A stretch of 64,000 nucleotides of DNA. Origin: Felis catus (taxonomy: Eukaryota). Shown here one piece after another: positions 28,230 to 40,624 of this stretch. The DNA is taken from NCBI RefSeq assembly GCF_018350175.1, contig NC_058368.1, positions 68,822,001 through 68,886,000 of the forward strand. The letters are read 5' to 3'. Position 1 is the first letter of the stretch. Every line of letters begins with the position of its first letter. A model generated the notes under the pieces. The model searched no databases and was not told the DNA's origin. It worked only from the letters and a program-made list of their open reading frames with translations. Position numbers and translations under genes: made by a program.

Positions 28230-29437
28230 TTTTTTCCACTCCCTCTGACTTCCATCCACCCTAGACCCAATCCATTGACAATCTCACCACCGCCCGCCAT
28301 ATTACTAAACCAGTGGTCACTTTTACCTTCATTGTGTTCATTTGACCGCTTAGCCATATGCAATGTATGTAATCAGCCTCTCCTTTGTGGAATGCTCCTT
28401 CTTCTTTAATCTGTATTCCTCTTCTGGAAAAGGCTGGAGATGTTGCCCATTATGTTCCTTTGCTGTATGTTGAAGCTGCTCTACATTGAGGTTCCCAGCA
28501 CTGGACATTTCTTTTATTGACCCTCTCCTTCATGGTTGCATCCATTCCTATGGCTGTAAATCATCTGCAGGCTGAGAACTCCCAAATATGTTTCCAGACC
28601 TCTCCTCTGAGCCCCAGGCTCGCATATCTTACTTCCTACTGGACTCACCTTTAAATTTCTCCCTGGAACTTGACATGGTTAATTCCAAATTCTTTATCTG
28701 ACTAAGTTCCCATTTCAGTAAATGCAACCGGCAGCTTCAAAACCAAAATTAAGCAGATTCTCTCACATCCAGTTCATCAGCAAGTCCTGTCATATCTGCT
28801 TTCAAGTCTATTCCCTTCTCGAACTCCCCAAACTCCCATCTGAGCCACCATCAATCTTTCATTCAAAATACCTTGGAAGCATTTCCTTTCTAATCTCTCA
28901 ATTTCCATTCTTGCTTTATTCCAGTGTATTCTGCATACGGCAACCAGAGGGATATTTTTAACACATAAATGCATCATACCACTCCCTTACTTAAAACCCT
29001 GCAGTGCCTTCCCATTTCATTAGAGACGAAGCCAAGTATGTAACCATGACTATGATCTATAATGTCATCTGTGGTCTGGTCCCATCAGCTCACCAACTCA
29101 TCATGGGCCACTCTTTCTGTGTTCACTAAAACCGAACTTTCAGTTCCACACATAGACAAAGCTCTTGCTTGCCTCATGGCCTTTGATCTTGCTGGAAGTA
29201 TCTATCCTACTGCTCTTCACATGTTAACTTCATCTTATGCATAAGGACTCCAAATCTATCCCCTGTGACCTACCACCAATCTCCATCACTATGAGTAAGG
29301 CCTTCTCATTTCTGCTTATCCATAAAAATAAACTGTAATTTTATTTGTTTGTTCTTTCCCATTAGGGTTTAAGTTCAGTAAATGTGCACACAGTGTCCTT
29401 GTACAATGTTTAAACCATTGAATACTTACCGAATGAA
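28230..29437 (+). mobile_element. Degraded L2 LINE
   Basis: aactcccaaatatgtttccagacctctcctctgag, cactcccttacttaaaaccctgcagtgccttcccatt; boundaries approximate. Confidence 0.65.
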
Positions 29438-29629
29438 AACACAAACCATTCTTTCCTTTTATGTCTCCAATTGACTGTATTTTGAAAGTCCCCTTAAATT
29501 TTTCCTCCTGGCAGTTTTTCCTCTCCCCAGTTCCTAATGGGAGTAATTCTTTTCCTTTCCTTCCTCACACGCTGCACCTCCCCCAACACACAACCTTCAT
29601 ATGTACACTCAAGATAAAGAAGTTGGTGG

Positions 29630-31730
29630 TTGGAACTAAAAAATGAGTTCACTAATATTGTAGGATACAAAATCAATACACAGAAATCTGTCATCTTTCT
29701 ATACACTAATAATGAACTCTCAGAAAGAAAAAATAAGAAAAATGTCTCTTTTCCAACTGCATCAAAAAGAATAAGATACCTAGGAATAAATTTAACCCAG
29801 AAGATAAGAGACCTGTACACTGAAAACTATATGAGATTGACGAAAGAAATTGGAAGGCAGCTATGCTAACTGTTATACCACCAACGCAGGATTGATGAAA
29901 GAAATGGAAGAAGGCACAAATAAGTAGGAAGATAGCCCATGCTCATGGATTGGAAGAATTGATATTGTTAAAATGTCCATTCTACCCAAAGGGATCTACC
30001 AATTCAAATAATCCCTATCAAAATTCCAATGGCATTTTTCACAGAACTAGAACAAATATTCCTAAAATTTATATAGAGTCAAAGAGACTGAATAGCCAAA
30101 GACATCTTGGGAAAGAAGAACAAAGCTGGAGGTATCATGCTCTCTGACTTCAAACTATGTCACAAAGCTATAGTAATCAAAACTGTGTAGTATTGGCATA
30201 AAAACAGATACATAGATCAATATAACAGAATAGAGAGCCCAGAAACAAACTCACTCACATAGGGTCAACTAATTTGCAATAAAGGAGCCAAGAATATACA
30301 ATGGGAAAAGTCTCTTCAATAAATGGTGTTGGGAAAACTGGACAGCCACATGGAAAAGAATGAAACTGGACCGCTTTCTTACACCACACACAAAAATTAA
30401 CTGAAAATGGATTAAAGACCTGAGTGTAAAGTCTGAAACCATTAAGCTCCTTTCCTAAAAGAAAATATAAGTGGTGACATCAGTCTTGGTGATGATTTTC
30501 TGGACTTGATAACAAAAGCAAAGACAACAAAAGCAAAAATAAACAAGTGGGACTACTTCAAACTAAAAAGCTTCTGCACTGTAAAAGAAACCAGCCACAG
30601 AATGAAAAGGCATCAATGGAATTGGAAAAACAATTTGCAAATCATAGATCCAATAAAGGGTTAATATCCAAACTATATAAAGAACTCATACAACACAATA
30701 TCAAACAAGCACACAAAATCCTATGCCCATTTAAGAAATGGGCAGAAGATCTGAATAGACATTTTTCCAAAGAAGATATGCAGGTGGCCAACAGGTACAT
30801 GAAAAGGTGCTCAATATCACTAATCATCAGAGACTTACAAATAAAAACACTATATTACCTCACATCTATTAAACTGGTATTATCAAAAAGATAAGAGGTA
30901 CCAAGTTTGGCCAGGATGTGGAGAAAAGGAAATCCATTGCATTGGGAATGTGAAATGGCACAGTCACTATGGAAAACAGTATGGAGGTTCCTCATAAATT
31001 TAAAAAATAGAATTACCACATGGTCCATCATTTCCACTTCTGGGTATTTATCCAGAGAAAATGAAAACACTAACTTGGAAAGATATCTGCACGCCTATGT
31101 TCATTGCAGCCAAGATATGGAAGCAACTCAAGTGTCCATCAACAGATGAATGGATAATGAAAATGTGATATATATAAACAATGAAATATTATTCAGGCAT
31201 AAAAAAGAATGAAATCTTGCCATTTGCAACAACATGAGTGGACCACGAGGGCATTATATTATGTTAAGCAAAATAAGTCAGACAGAGAAAAGAAACACTA
31301 TATGACTTCACTTGTACATAGAATCTAAAAAACAAAACAAAACAAAAAACAAGCTCATAGATACAGATAGATTGCTGGTTGCCAGAGGCAGAGGAGAGGA
31401 ACTGGCAAAATGGGTAAAGGGGGTCAAAAGTACAAACTTCCAGTTATTAGAAAAGAAAGAAATTCGTGAGGACGTACTATTCAGCACGGGGACTACAGCT
31501 AAGAATACTGTATTACATAGTTGAAAGTTGCTAAGAGAACAAATCTTAAACGTTCTCATCACAAGAAAAAAATTCTGCAGCTACATATGGCGATGGATGT
31601 TAATGACTTACTGTGGCGATCATTTCACAATATATACAAATATCAAATCATTGTGTTGTATACCCTAAACTAATAGAATGTTGTATGTCGGTATTACCTC
31701 AATTTAAAAAAAAAAAGAAAAGAAAAAGAA
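29630..31730 (+). mobile_element. 5'-truncated L1 (about 2.1 kb; ORF2 3' part, 3'UTR, poly-A)
   Basis: ORF2 remnants [52 protein letters not shown] with stops/frameshifts; A-rich tail 31706-31730. Confidence 0.95.
29850..29887 (-). pseudogene. Tailless 5'-half tRNA-Gly(TCC) retropseudogene nested in L1
   Basis: Minus strand reads GCGTTGGTGGTATAACAGTTAGCATAGCTGCCTTCCAA, 35/38 identical to my recalled mammalian tRNA-Gly-TCC 5' half; flanked by 16-bp direct repeat GATTGA(C/T)GAAAGAAAT (29835-29850, 29890-29905). Confidence 0.88.
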
Positions 31731-32057
31731 ATGGGGGTGGGGGAAGATAGAGATTTAAAAGCCTATACAACCCAGTCCTTGGGGACAAGGTCTTGCATTG
31801 AGTATTCTGCCCTCCAGAGATGCTTCTGGAAGTAAAGAGAGGAGGCTTAAGGGATGCCATGTTTTAAGCCTTTCAGTTTGAGTGCCAAATACCTACCCTT
31901 TGAAGTGAAAGCTTTCTAAATGTATGAACTCTCACGCTCCTGTTTTAAAAAGTCAATTGACTAAATTTTAGAACCATAAAACACCCCAGGCCACTTAGTC
32001 ATTACTGCTCAGCACTGATCCTTCCTTGCCACTACAAAATATCAAAGAACGCGTGCT

Positions 32058-32060
<3 letters not shown>

Positions 32061-32134
<74 letters not shown>
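32061..32134 (+). repeat. Compound (TG)17(AG)20 microsatellite
   Basis: Visible run. Confidence 0.95.
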
Positions 32135-32137
<3 letters not shown>

Positions 32138-33590
32138 CTTGGAACCTGGATCTACTGGTATAGTGCACTGAACAAGAAGACCAGCGTGTGAAACACTAAG
32201 GAGAGAGAAACACGGGAGCGTGAAGTAAAGAACAGAGGTTAGAAACAGCAAAGCCAGCATTTCAGAAGCCATTTTCTCCCACGAGACTCTGTAGCTCTGG
32301 TCTTCTGGCCTCTCTGGCGGCCACTCGTTCTGAGCGATGCCGGGGACCAAATGGATCCCATCTCAGACAGCCTGGCAGCAGCCGTTCTGCACAGAGCACG
32401 GGGCCGACTCCCCCGGGGCTCTAGCTGGTGGTGTGCAGAACGGAATCATCTGGAGATGCCACCTCTCTCTTTTCTCAGCTGCAGCAAAGCACTGAATTCA
32501 GACGCGAGGACGCGGTGTCAGCCCGGACTCTACCTGGGGAGTTTTCATTTGAATCCGGGATCTGAGATCCACTCTTCCAGGGCAGCGGCACTGCTGTTCA
32601 GAGCAGCCTCACCCTCCCGTCTGGAGAAGGCACCGGCTGACTGTGGGACAGGGCTCCCCGCCAAGGCTCTGGCTTTACACTCAAACACATCTGGGCGGCC
32701 GGGGTTTTTTTTCTCCCCTTTTCTGTTTTAAGAAATTACCAAAAAAAAAAAAAAAAAAAAAATCTAGGGAGTGCAGAAGAATGGAAATAGCCCCAGACTG
32801 GGAGTCAGGAGTCCTGAGTGCTTTGCCTCAGCAGCATTGACCTTGGGTGATCTATTGAGTCTATAGTCCGACCTGCTTCCACCTACTGTGATGCCACACT
32901 TGCTCCTCACGGATAACGAGAAGGTTAAAGAAGACAGTGTGTGTGACAGTGCTTTGGAAACAGCGGCTCCTATGTATGCGTAAGGCAGCACTGTCAACAA
33001 TAATAATGGAGTGCCCGTCTCTGAGAATGACTATAACTATTTTTTTTTTTACTAATCACCTTCAATCAAAAACACTGTATTAAAAAAAGAGAAAATATCT
33101 CATTGAATCTGTCCTATCAACTTTTAACTGTCAGCTTCACATGAAAGAAAACAGGTATTTTCCCCAGCCCATATTTCAAAAAGGAGAAAACATTTGCTAA
33201 CATTAAATAAGAGTTTATACCTCTATTATTATATCGCCATGCTGATTATGTGCGTGTTATAGAATCAGTGGATGATTTTGGGGGGAAAACTTTATTAATA
33301 CCAATTTTTACTCTACCCGTGACACCTGCTATTTGCTGAGTTCTGACCATGGGAAGTGGGGAAGAGGTAGCACTTTGTTCAGCCCAACTTTTCAAGTCAA
33401 CTGGTTTTACTTCCTTGAGAGAACTAAAGCTCAGAGAGGTTAATTCACTGCCTAGGATAACAGTTCACTGGCAGAGCTCGGGATTTGAATCCAGATCACT
33501 CTCGGTCTAAAATTTGTGTTTTTGTTTTGAAATAATACTCTCTCTGAGCTATGTGACAGCTATCATCAGTAAACTGCAACATTCATTTTA

Positions 33591-33810
33591 AGTTTTTTTT
33601 TTTTAATGTTTACTTTTGAGACAGACAGAGAGAGAGAGAGAGAGAGCATGAGCAGGGGAGGGGCAGAGAGAGAGGGAGACACAGAATCTGAAGCAGGCTC
33701 CAGGCCTGAGCTGTTAGCACAGAGCCCGACGCAGGGCCTGAACCCACAAACTGTGAGATCACGACCTGAGCCGAAGTCGGACGCTTAACCGACTGCCACC
33801 CAGGCGCCCC
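33591..33810 (-). mobile_element. Can-SINE (SINEC_Fc-like), relatively young
   Basis: CpGs retained; perfect 16-bp TSD TGCAACATTCATTTTA at 33575-33590 and 33811-33826. Confidence 0.96.
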
Positions 33811-34167
33811 TGCAACATTCATTTTAGATCATTAAATTAGATGAACAAGTAATTTACATTTTGGAAAGCAAAATTTTTCTGATTTTAATAGATTTATTGA
33901 TATCCAAAAAGGTTTCAGGAAATGAGTTTTGAGGTTCTGACATCCCACCGACAGTCAAGGTACAACCTGTATTTATGTCACCACACTGACCCTGGCTTCA
34001 AATGATCCACAAGAGGGAGGGTTGGGAATTTGCTGCTGCAGAAAATCAAAAACGGGCCTGTGGGGGAGGGCTGTTTTCTTTAAATGTTTACTTTGATAAT
34101 GGTCTCTGTGTTAAATTACACATTCAGTACAAGTGTTTTAATACCTATTTTCACTCTCCATCTATGA

Positions 34168-34325
34168 CAGTGGTCCCCAAACTGGGCCACACATCAGATC
34201 ACATAGTAAGTTTTTTTTAATGCAAATTTCAGGGTCCCTGCCTAGACCTATCGAGTCTGGCGATATTTCTATTTATGAAATTCCCCTCAGGCATTTCTGA
34301 TTTAGCTGGTTCTTTGAATCCCTGA
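34168..34325. mobile_element. MER5-like hAT-Charlie DNA transposon remnant
   Basis: cagtggtccccaaactgggccacacatcagatcac...aatgcaaatttcagggtccc. Confidence 0.6.
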
Positions 34326-36034
34326 TCTGTTGTGATATATGACCTTTCAGAGTTGATTTTTTTTTAATTCTAACATTAGATAGTCATACCATTTAAATCA
34401 CTTGGCTTTTTTTCAATGGCTCTAACTCATAAAAACTATAGTTACTGAAAACCGCAACTTTCTGTAATTATGGCTCAATGGGTTGAAAATGGAAAACATA
34501 CACATATAAAATTTGGGAGAAAAAAAAATCGTAACTGCCATCTATTTCCCATGTTGAGACCTCATGTTGCAACCCTGTCCCAAAGTGAATTTGATGTCTG
34601 AGCCATAAAGATCTAAGAGCTCCTCGTGGGAGGGCTATAACAGCGCTCGCAGGCCATTAGAATCACCTCTCACAGCCCCCAGCCACTTCGCTAAAGACCT
34701 CCAGAACCTCTGAGAACTCCTTGAACAAACTATCAGTAATTCACTGTTTTCTAACATGAGCATCCATAAGAGGTATTTTTCCGTTATTGCTGTCAACAAA
34801 AAATTTGTTTAATAATAAACATAGATTGTTATTTTTCCCATATGTTCAACAACTCATTCAGAGCCGTAAATAGAAAACAAGAATGTTACTCACAATATAT
34901 AAATAGAGGGGTAGCGTGACATGGCCGAGAGCACAGTTTGGTTATTAGAAAACTACATTAACACGTGATTGCAAATATCTGCAAACTGCTCCTAAAAATA
35001 AAGAGGGTAAAAGTCACCAACTAGCTAAAAAGCCAACCAACCAATAAAACCGTTCAGGGACAATTTAGTGTAAAATTCATCCTAACAAAAATCTTTAGCG
35101 TCTTACACTTTTAACATTGGTTCTAGAAAAGTGAAGCAAACTTTATTGTTCTCTTACATTATTTCCTTTCTGGAAAGCATATTTTTAGGTGGGGCTTTTA
35201 AAAATTAGCATCCCATCAACCCCCTACCGCAGTTCTTTCTTATCTCTGGACAAGGAGTGTAGCGATCGAGAAGTTTAAATGAAGTATGGTATGCCTTTAT
35301 CACTGCTGCATTGATTTTAACCTAGGAAACCAAACCAACTTTTAGTGACCAGTTGAAAAATTGGCCAATTAAAAAGTTCATGTTCTCTCATCCAACCTTT
35401 TAGGCAGGGAAGGTTAGATCTAGACACAGTTGAACTGGACCGAGAAACAGCAGGTCCATATGAACACTACATACAGGCTAGTGACAGAATGTGGGAACAT
35501 GATGCTGAATCAGAGCAAATACAGTCCCAGATAATCCCCAATTTTTGAGAATGTATGTACTCGATCAACTTGAAAATCAGGCTCTAATCAAGGTTTTTCT
35601 TTCCTCCTGTCCTTTTTTCAGATGCAAGGAGGAGAAATCAAAGATTAGGAGTCAGTTTTCCATAGGTTTACCCCCTTCTTGTTATAACATTCACTGTTTG
35701 GAATGATGAGCAATGACAGTGAGAATTATTGTTTTTTCTTGAGAAAACTTTCATAGGAATAAAAATTTAATCCGTTCCCTGTAATTAGGTTTCTATAATG
35801 TGCTCGCATGTTTTTGTACGGTTTTAGGAAGAGAGGATATACATGGATATTATTTTTTTTAAGCAAAACAAAACAGGCAATCTAATGAACTTTCACAGGC
35901 CAGCATCGATTTACGCAAGTAACACAAAGGGTCTTGTGTATGGTGAGTAAGTTTTGCTCAAATGACACTTACTGGTGATTTTTTAAAGTTTTATTCTAAA
36001 GAAATCTTTGTCCTGTGTTGTCTTCCTTTAACAG

Positions 36035-36235
36035 CCCACTTTTCCTGTAGGTCCCGCAATAGGGACAAATACGGCGATTAGCTTTGCTCCTTACTTAGCA
36101 CCTGTAACCCCTGGAGTTGGGTTAGTCCCAACGGAAATTCTACCCACCACACCCGTTATTGTTCCCGGAAGTCCACCCGTCACTGTCCCGGGCTCAACTG
36201 CAACTCAGAAACTTCTCAGGACTGACAAACTGGAG
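36035..36235 (+). CDS. MBNL2: MBNL2 internal coding exon, 201 nt (Pro-rich linker between the ZnF pairs)
   Basis: ccttaacag-type acceptor (tttaacag|CCC) ...CTGGAG|gtactt; [67 protein letters not shown]; in frame with both neighbours; absent from the ORF track. Confidence 0.96.
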
Positions 36236-36489
36236 GTACTTCATTATATTTGTGGTTTGAGATGCATCTGGGGTAGAAGTGTACTTCTGTGTAAGTGAAT
36301 GCTTATAAGATATTAATTCAGTCTTGCAAAACAGCCATGCGCACGCACACACACACACACACATTCATCTAAAAGCCATGCATTCGTAATTCTGTGGTTT
36401 CAATTTAAGGCAGAGTTATAAAGGAAATTAGTCTGTAGGATAAAAATTAGTTTAGCACAAACAAAATTCAGCTGTTTGGAATGTGTGTT

Positions 36490-36760
36490 CAGGGGCAAAA
36501 TATTTAACAACCAGTGGAACACTGAATCAATCACTGTGTAGGCCATAGAGATGGCTCCTGAAGGCCTCCAGCTGTGCTGGCATTAACCTTTCATGGCTCC
36601 TGGAAAGGTCTGAGAATGGCCAAATCAGAAGAATTTGAAACACCTGGGGACAGGGGTAGGGGTAAGTGGAACTATGACTATTGACCATTTGGTATGATCA
36701 CATTTCAATATTTTAAGAGCTAATATGGTTATATTGGAACGTTCCAGAATATCAGCCCTG
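36490..36760 (+). mobile_element. Ancient non-autonomous hAT-like DNA transposon
   Basis: Imperfect terminal inverted repeats CAGGGGCAAAATATT ... AATATCAGCCCTG; internal similarity to 14515-14842. Confidence 0.55.
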
Positions 36761-38899
36761 GTTGTACTGTTGGTAAACAGGGGAACTGGAAGCTGGGTGT
36801 ATTAAGTATTGATTGAGATATTTTCATTAACTTAAGTTCAAGTGTTCGGTAAAAGTCAAGAAAACACGTTCATATAATTATAGAAGATGATTCTTAAGTC
36901 GTGAGTCAAGCCAACCCTTACTGGGTAAAATTTCTCTTTAATCAGAGTAAGAGGATTTATCTTAGCTACTATATCCTGTGATATTTAATAGAGCACTTTA
37001 TGCACTAGTGTAAAGATTCTGATAGATTTTTTAAAGAGCTCCTTTAATTCCATTACCTATTTAAGTTGTTAGGTGATATATGTATGGTTAGGATGTACAC
37101 GGTGCTTTACGTTGGATCACTGGAAGATGTTCTTTCAATGTGCATTTGCTTAAATATTTACCCAATAAATCTTGAGGGCAATACAATGTTGCTGCCTGGT
37201 ATCAGCTTCACTCTGGAGCATATGAATCCCAAAACGAAAAGACTAAAGACCCTAACACTGCTGTTTTGATCTAGCCTGCCCCTGTGAATATAGAGCAGAC
37301 CTTTCATGGTCTAGACAAGTGTTTGGGGCTCCACCTGCTGGACCCATGGAGTGTTCAGTTCGTGACTGTGTGGTTTAGAAAACAAATTAAATCAGCTGAA
37401 TTGGGAACAAATTGTCCTCCCCAACAGGACTGGTAGACAAAGACATAGAAAAATAATTTACAACGACTTTAGCAGGTCTTCATGCAGTTCATTTCAAGCC
37501 AGGAATGAAGCCGGCTTGTCCTGCACACGGCGACCCTTGGTAAATGTTTGACGGCTGGTCTGTACCTCTGATGTGGTCTCAGACTGGAGGATTCCATTTA
37601 GAGAGGAAGGCTTACTCGGAATTGATGGGAACATCTTAGTAGTTTTTATTTGTACATTTTATGAACTAAAGATCGGAATATTGGCTTATATCCAAAGCAG
37701 GAGGAAATGATGAGCAATCTTGCGACTTCTCTGTTTACCCTTCAAACCCTCTTGGCCACTGGTCGGTGAAACTGTATTTCCCAAGTAAGTTTGACTGTCA
37801 CAAAGCTTGACTGTCACATCAGTGACCCTTCATATAACAAACGTCACTGATGGCCGAGATGCCAACCACCGCTTACTGGCTTTGGAATTAGAGCCTAAAA
37901 AGAAAATAACTTACAGTTTTACTCGTAGTTCTGTCCTGCTAATGATATTTATAAACCTAAGTGTTATGTCTATAGGTCAGTCATGTCATCTTATATTATC
38001 GATATTCAGGGCAGAATCAAGAATGCGCTTTAAATTCTAAAGAAAATTTTCTTTATACAATAAACTCTTGATGCATCGGAATTCTTAGGTGATGGAGCAT
38101 TTAGGGTAACTAAGGATTAAGGACCAAAAAAGCAATAGCAACAACACATGAGTACTTGGAACTCTCTTCCTCCTTCCCTCCACTTATTTCTTCCCCCTTC
38201 TTCCCATATTTCTCTCCTTTTTGTCTTTTCTTTGTTTTTTATCTTCTTCCGGTGCCATCAAAAATAATAATAGAGTGATTTTAAATGCAAGTTTCAACGT
38301 CTCAGCCTCGATTGTTCTGACTTATGATTATAAGCCTAAGTTATCTTTTTAGAGCCCGGGTGTCCTAGGGGAAAACAGGAGTATTCAGATTCACCCCACC
38401 CACTTGCCATCCTCCGAGAAGGAACAAGCTTGTTTCCCCCAATCCCTTCTGGAGTTGTACAGCTGTGACCTGGTGGCTTGACCTGTGAGGAAACTATCCC
38501 TCCGTGCAAAAACAAAAAAACAAAAAAACAACCAAAAAACTATGGCATCCCAGGGTTGTCAGAGTAGGAAAAGATTTGGATGTGCTTACAGATGTCCAAA
38601 TTAATATACTATATGTCGTTAAATACATATATTATGTCCTAATTATTAGAGATGTATATACACTAGCCCAGGGACAAATGGAGGCTTTGTTGATTTTTGT
38701 TATTTTAGCGAAAACTGCGCATTTTGACTTATTTTCTCAACAGAGTCCCACCCCAGCAAAGAGGGCGAAGCAAAACTCAAATTAGTTTGTCAGGGACTCT
38801 GGTTACTTGAGCTCTGCACAACAAATTTCTAGTGAAATGGCACGAAAGCCCCCATTAAAAGAAAGGAAAAGCATTTATTCCTTTTTTGTTTTTTTCAAC

Positions 38900-39720
38900 C
38901 TAAATGGCTGCGCTCGCAGAGGTAGTTCCCGGCGGCCATCAGCCTCTCTTCTGCATCGTCTGCTTCTCCCCCGTGTCCTAGGTATGCAGGGAGTTCCAGC
39001 GAGGAAACTGTGCCCGGGGAGAGACCGACTGCCGCTTTGCACACCCCGCAGACAGCACCATGATCGACACAAACGACAACACCGTAACCGTTTGTATGGA
39101 TTACATAAAGGGGCGTTGCATGAGGGAGAAATGCAAATATTTTCACCCTCCTGCACACTTGCAGGCCAAAATCAAAGCTGCGCAGCACCAAGCCAACCAA
39201 GCGGCGGTGGCCGCCCAGGCAGCCGCGGCCGCGGCCACAGTCATGGTAAGTGAGGCGCGCCCGCCGCGCACCTTCCTCCGCCCGGGAGCCCTGGGCGCCG
39301 GGCGGCGCTTTCCCCGCGGGATTCAGACGCTCTCCCAAACGATCGGGACCTAGGGAAGGCTGCTATTCCTGCTGCTCCGCTGCCTAAGTTCTGTTGTTGT
39401 TTCCCCCCCCCGTTTTGTTTTGTTTTGTTTTGTTTCCCCCTCCTTCCCTCCTTCAGCACAATAAGTAAATCCCTCGGGCGCAGGGAACCCCGGCGAGGCG
39501 TCAGCGCCCCGCCCCGGGGCCCGTCCTGCTGTGAGTCCGGCCTGCGCTGGCCTGGACTCCTCCTGGGAGCGGGCTCCGTGGCCGGCGCCGGCGGGAAGGT
39601 GGGCTCCAGAGCTTAGCGGTGGGAAATGCGGCTGAGCGCTGCGCGGCCCTGGGGGCGGGGAGGCTAGCAACAGGTGACCGGTGACGGGCTCTTCCTACTC
39701 CTGTTCCCCCCGCCCCACCC
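38900..39720. promoter_or_regulatory. Intragenic CpG island over and downstream of the 264-nt exon
   Basis: Dense CG/GCGC/CCGG and several GGGGCGGGG/CCCCGCCCC boxes against an otherwise CpG-depleted background. Confidence 0.75.
38982..39245 (+). CDS. MBNL2: MBNL2 internal coding exon, 264 nt (CCCH zinc fingers 3 and 4, Ala-rich tract)
   Basis: gtcctag|GTA...GTCATG|gtaagt; [88 protein letters not shown]. Confidence 0.98.
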
Positions 39721-39953
39721 CGTCCTTCAAACTATTCCCCCCCCCCTCCCCCGTAAATGCAATTGTCTGCAGAGCAGCCAGTCACGAAACAGATGAAAAT
39801 GGAGCTGCACTGACTGGTGCTTTAAAAGGGGGTGGGGGTGGGGGGTGGGGGCGGGTAACACAGCCTGGAGTCCCTGAGTCACTGTACTGTCCCTTAGAGA
39901 CCAGCTGTCTCTGCCACCTCCTCCTGCTCCTCCTCTCCACTCTTCCTCCTCAC

Positions 39954-39986
<33 letters not shown>
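39954..39986 (+). repeat. (CAT)n trinucleotide repeat
   Basis: About 11 perfect CAT units; intronic. Confidence 0.92.
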
Positions 39987-39999
39987 GGCTGGGGAGCTG

Positions 40000-40303
40000 T
40001 TACAGCTCCAGACTCTCAGGCCCCACCCCAGACCTTTGGGATCAGAATTCTAATTCTAAAATATGCTCAGGAGGGGTTGTATCCACATTAACAGTTGGCA
40101 AGCACCTGCCTGGAACACTGGTTCTCAAACGTGGCTATGTTTGGAATTACCTGAGGGGTCTTAAAAGATTTCAACACTGGTCCTTTCCCCCAAAGTTTCT
40201 TATTTAATTTGTCTGGGTGTGGCCTGGGCGGTGGCCGTTTTTTTTTTTTTTTTTTTTTTTTGGAAACTCTCATGGGATTCTCCTGTGCAGCATGAGAACC
40301 ATC
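40000..40303. mobile_element. MER5A-like DNA transposon remnants
   Basis: caggccccaccccagacc...atcagaattct; cactggttctcaaacgtggct...tgagaaccat. Confidence 0.6.
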
Positions 40304-40422
40304 ACACTAGGCTGTAGAAATTTCTAGTTAATTTGTTTTAACATGAGGTCTCCGGCTTATCAGAAGCTCACTTTAATATATGATAGACACTGCGCATTCA
40401 CTCATTCATTGAAAACATTTAA

Positions 40423-40624
40423 GTTTTTTTTAACGTTTATTTATTTTTGAGAGAGAGAGACAGAGCACAGGCAGAGGAGGGACAGAGAAAGAGAGAGGGA
40501 GACACAGAAGCAGGCTCCAGGCTCTGAGCTGTCAGCACAGACAGAGCCCGAGGTCCAGGAACCGCGAGATCGTGACCTGAGCCGAAGTCCGACGCTTAAC
40601 CAACTGAGCCACCCAGGCGCCCCC
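40423..40624 (-). mobile_element. Can-SINE (SINEC_Fc-like)
   Basis: Ends cacccaggcgccccc; perfect 11-bp TSD AAAACATTTAA at 40412-40422 and 40625-40635. Confidence 0.95.

Noticed and set aside
29850..29887. Functional tRNA-Gly gene
   Set aside because: Only the 5' half is present; no T-arm/B box or 3' acceptor strand
29630..31149. L1 ORF2-like ORFs as an active retrotransposon or gene
   Set aside because: 5'-truncated and broken by multiple stops, frameshifts and an insertion
37791..37818. TTGACTGTCACA direct repeat (16-bp period); also 12-bp AT-rich repeats near 27481-27530
   Set aside because: Ordinary micro-duplications or low-complexity sequence with no supporting context
39681..40091. 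ORF with a poly-His tract
   Set aside because: Translation of an intronic (CAT)n microsatellite and MER5-like remnant; GTG start
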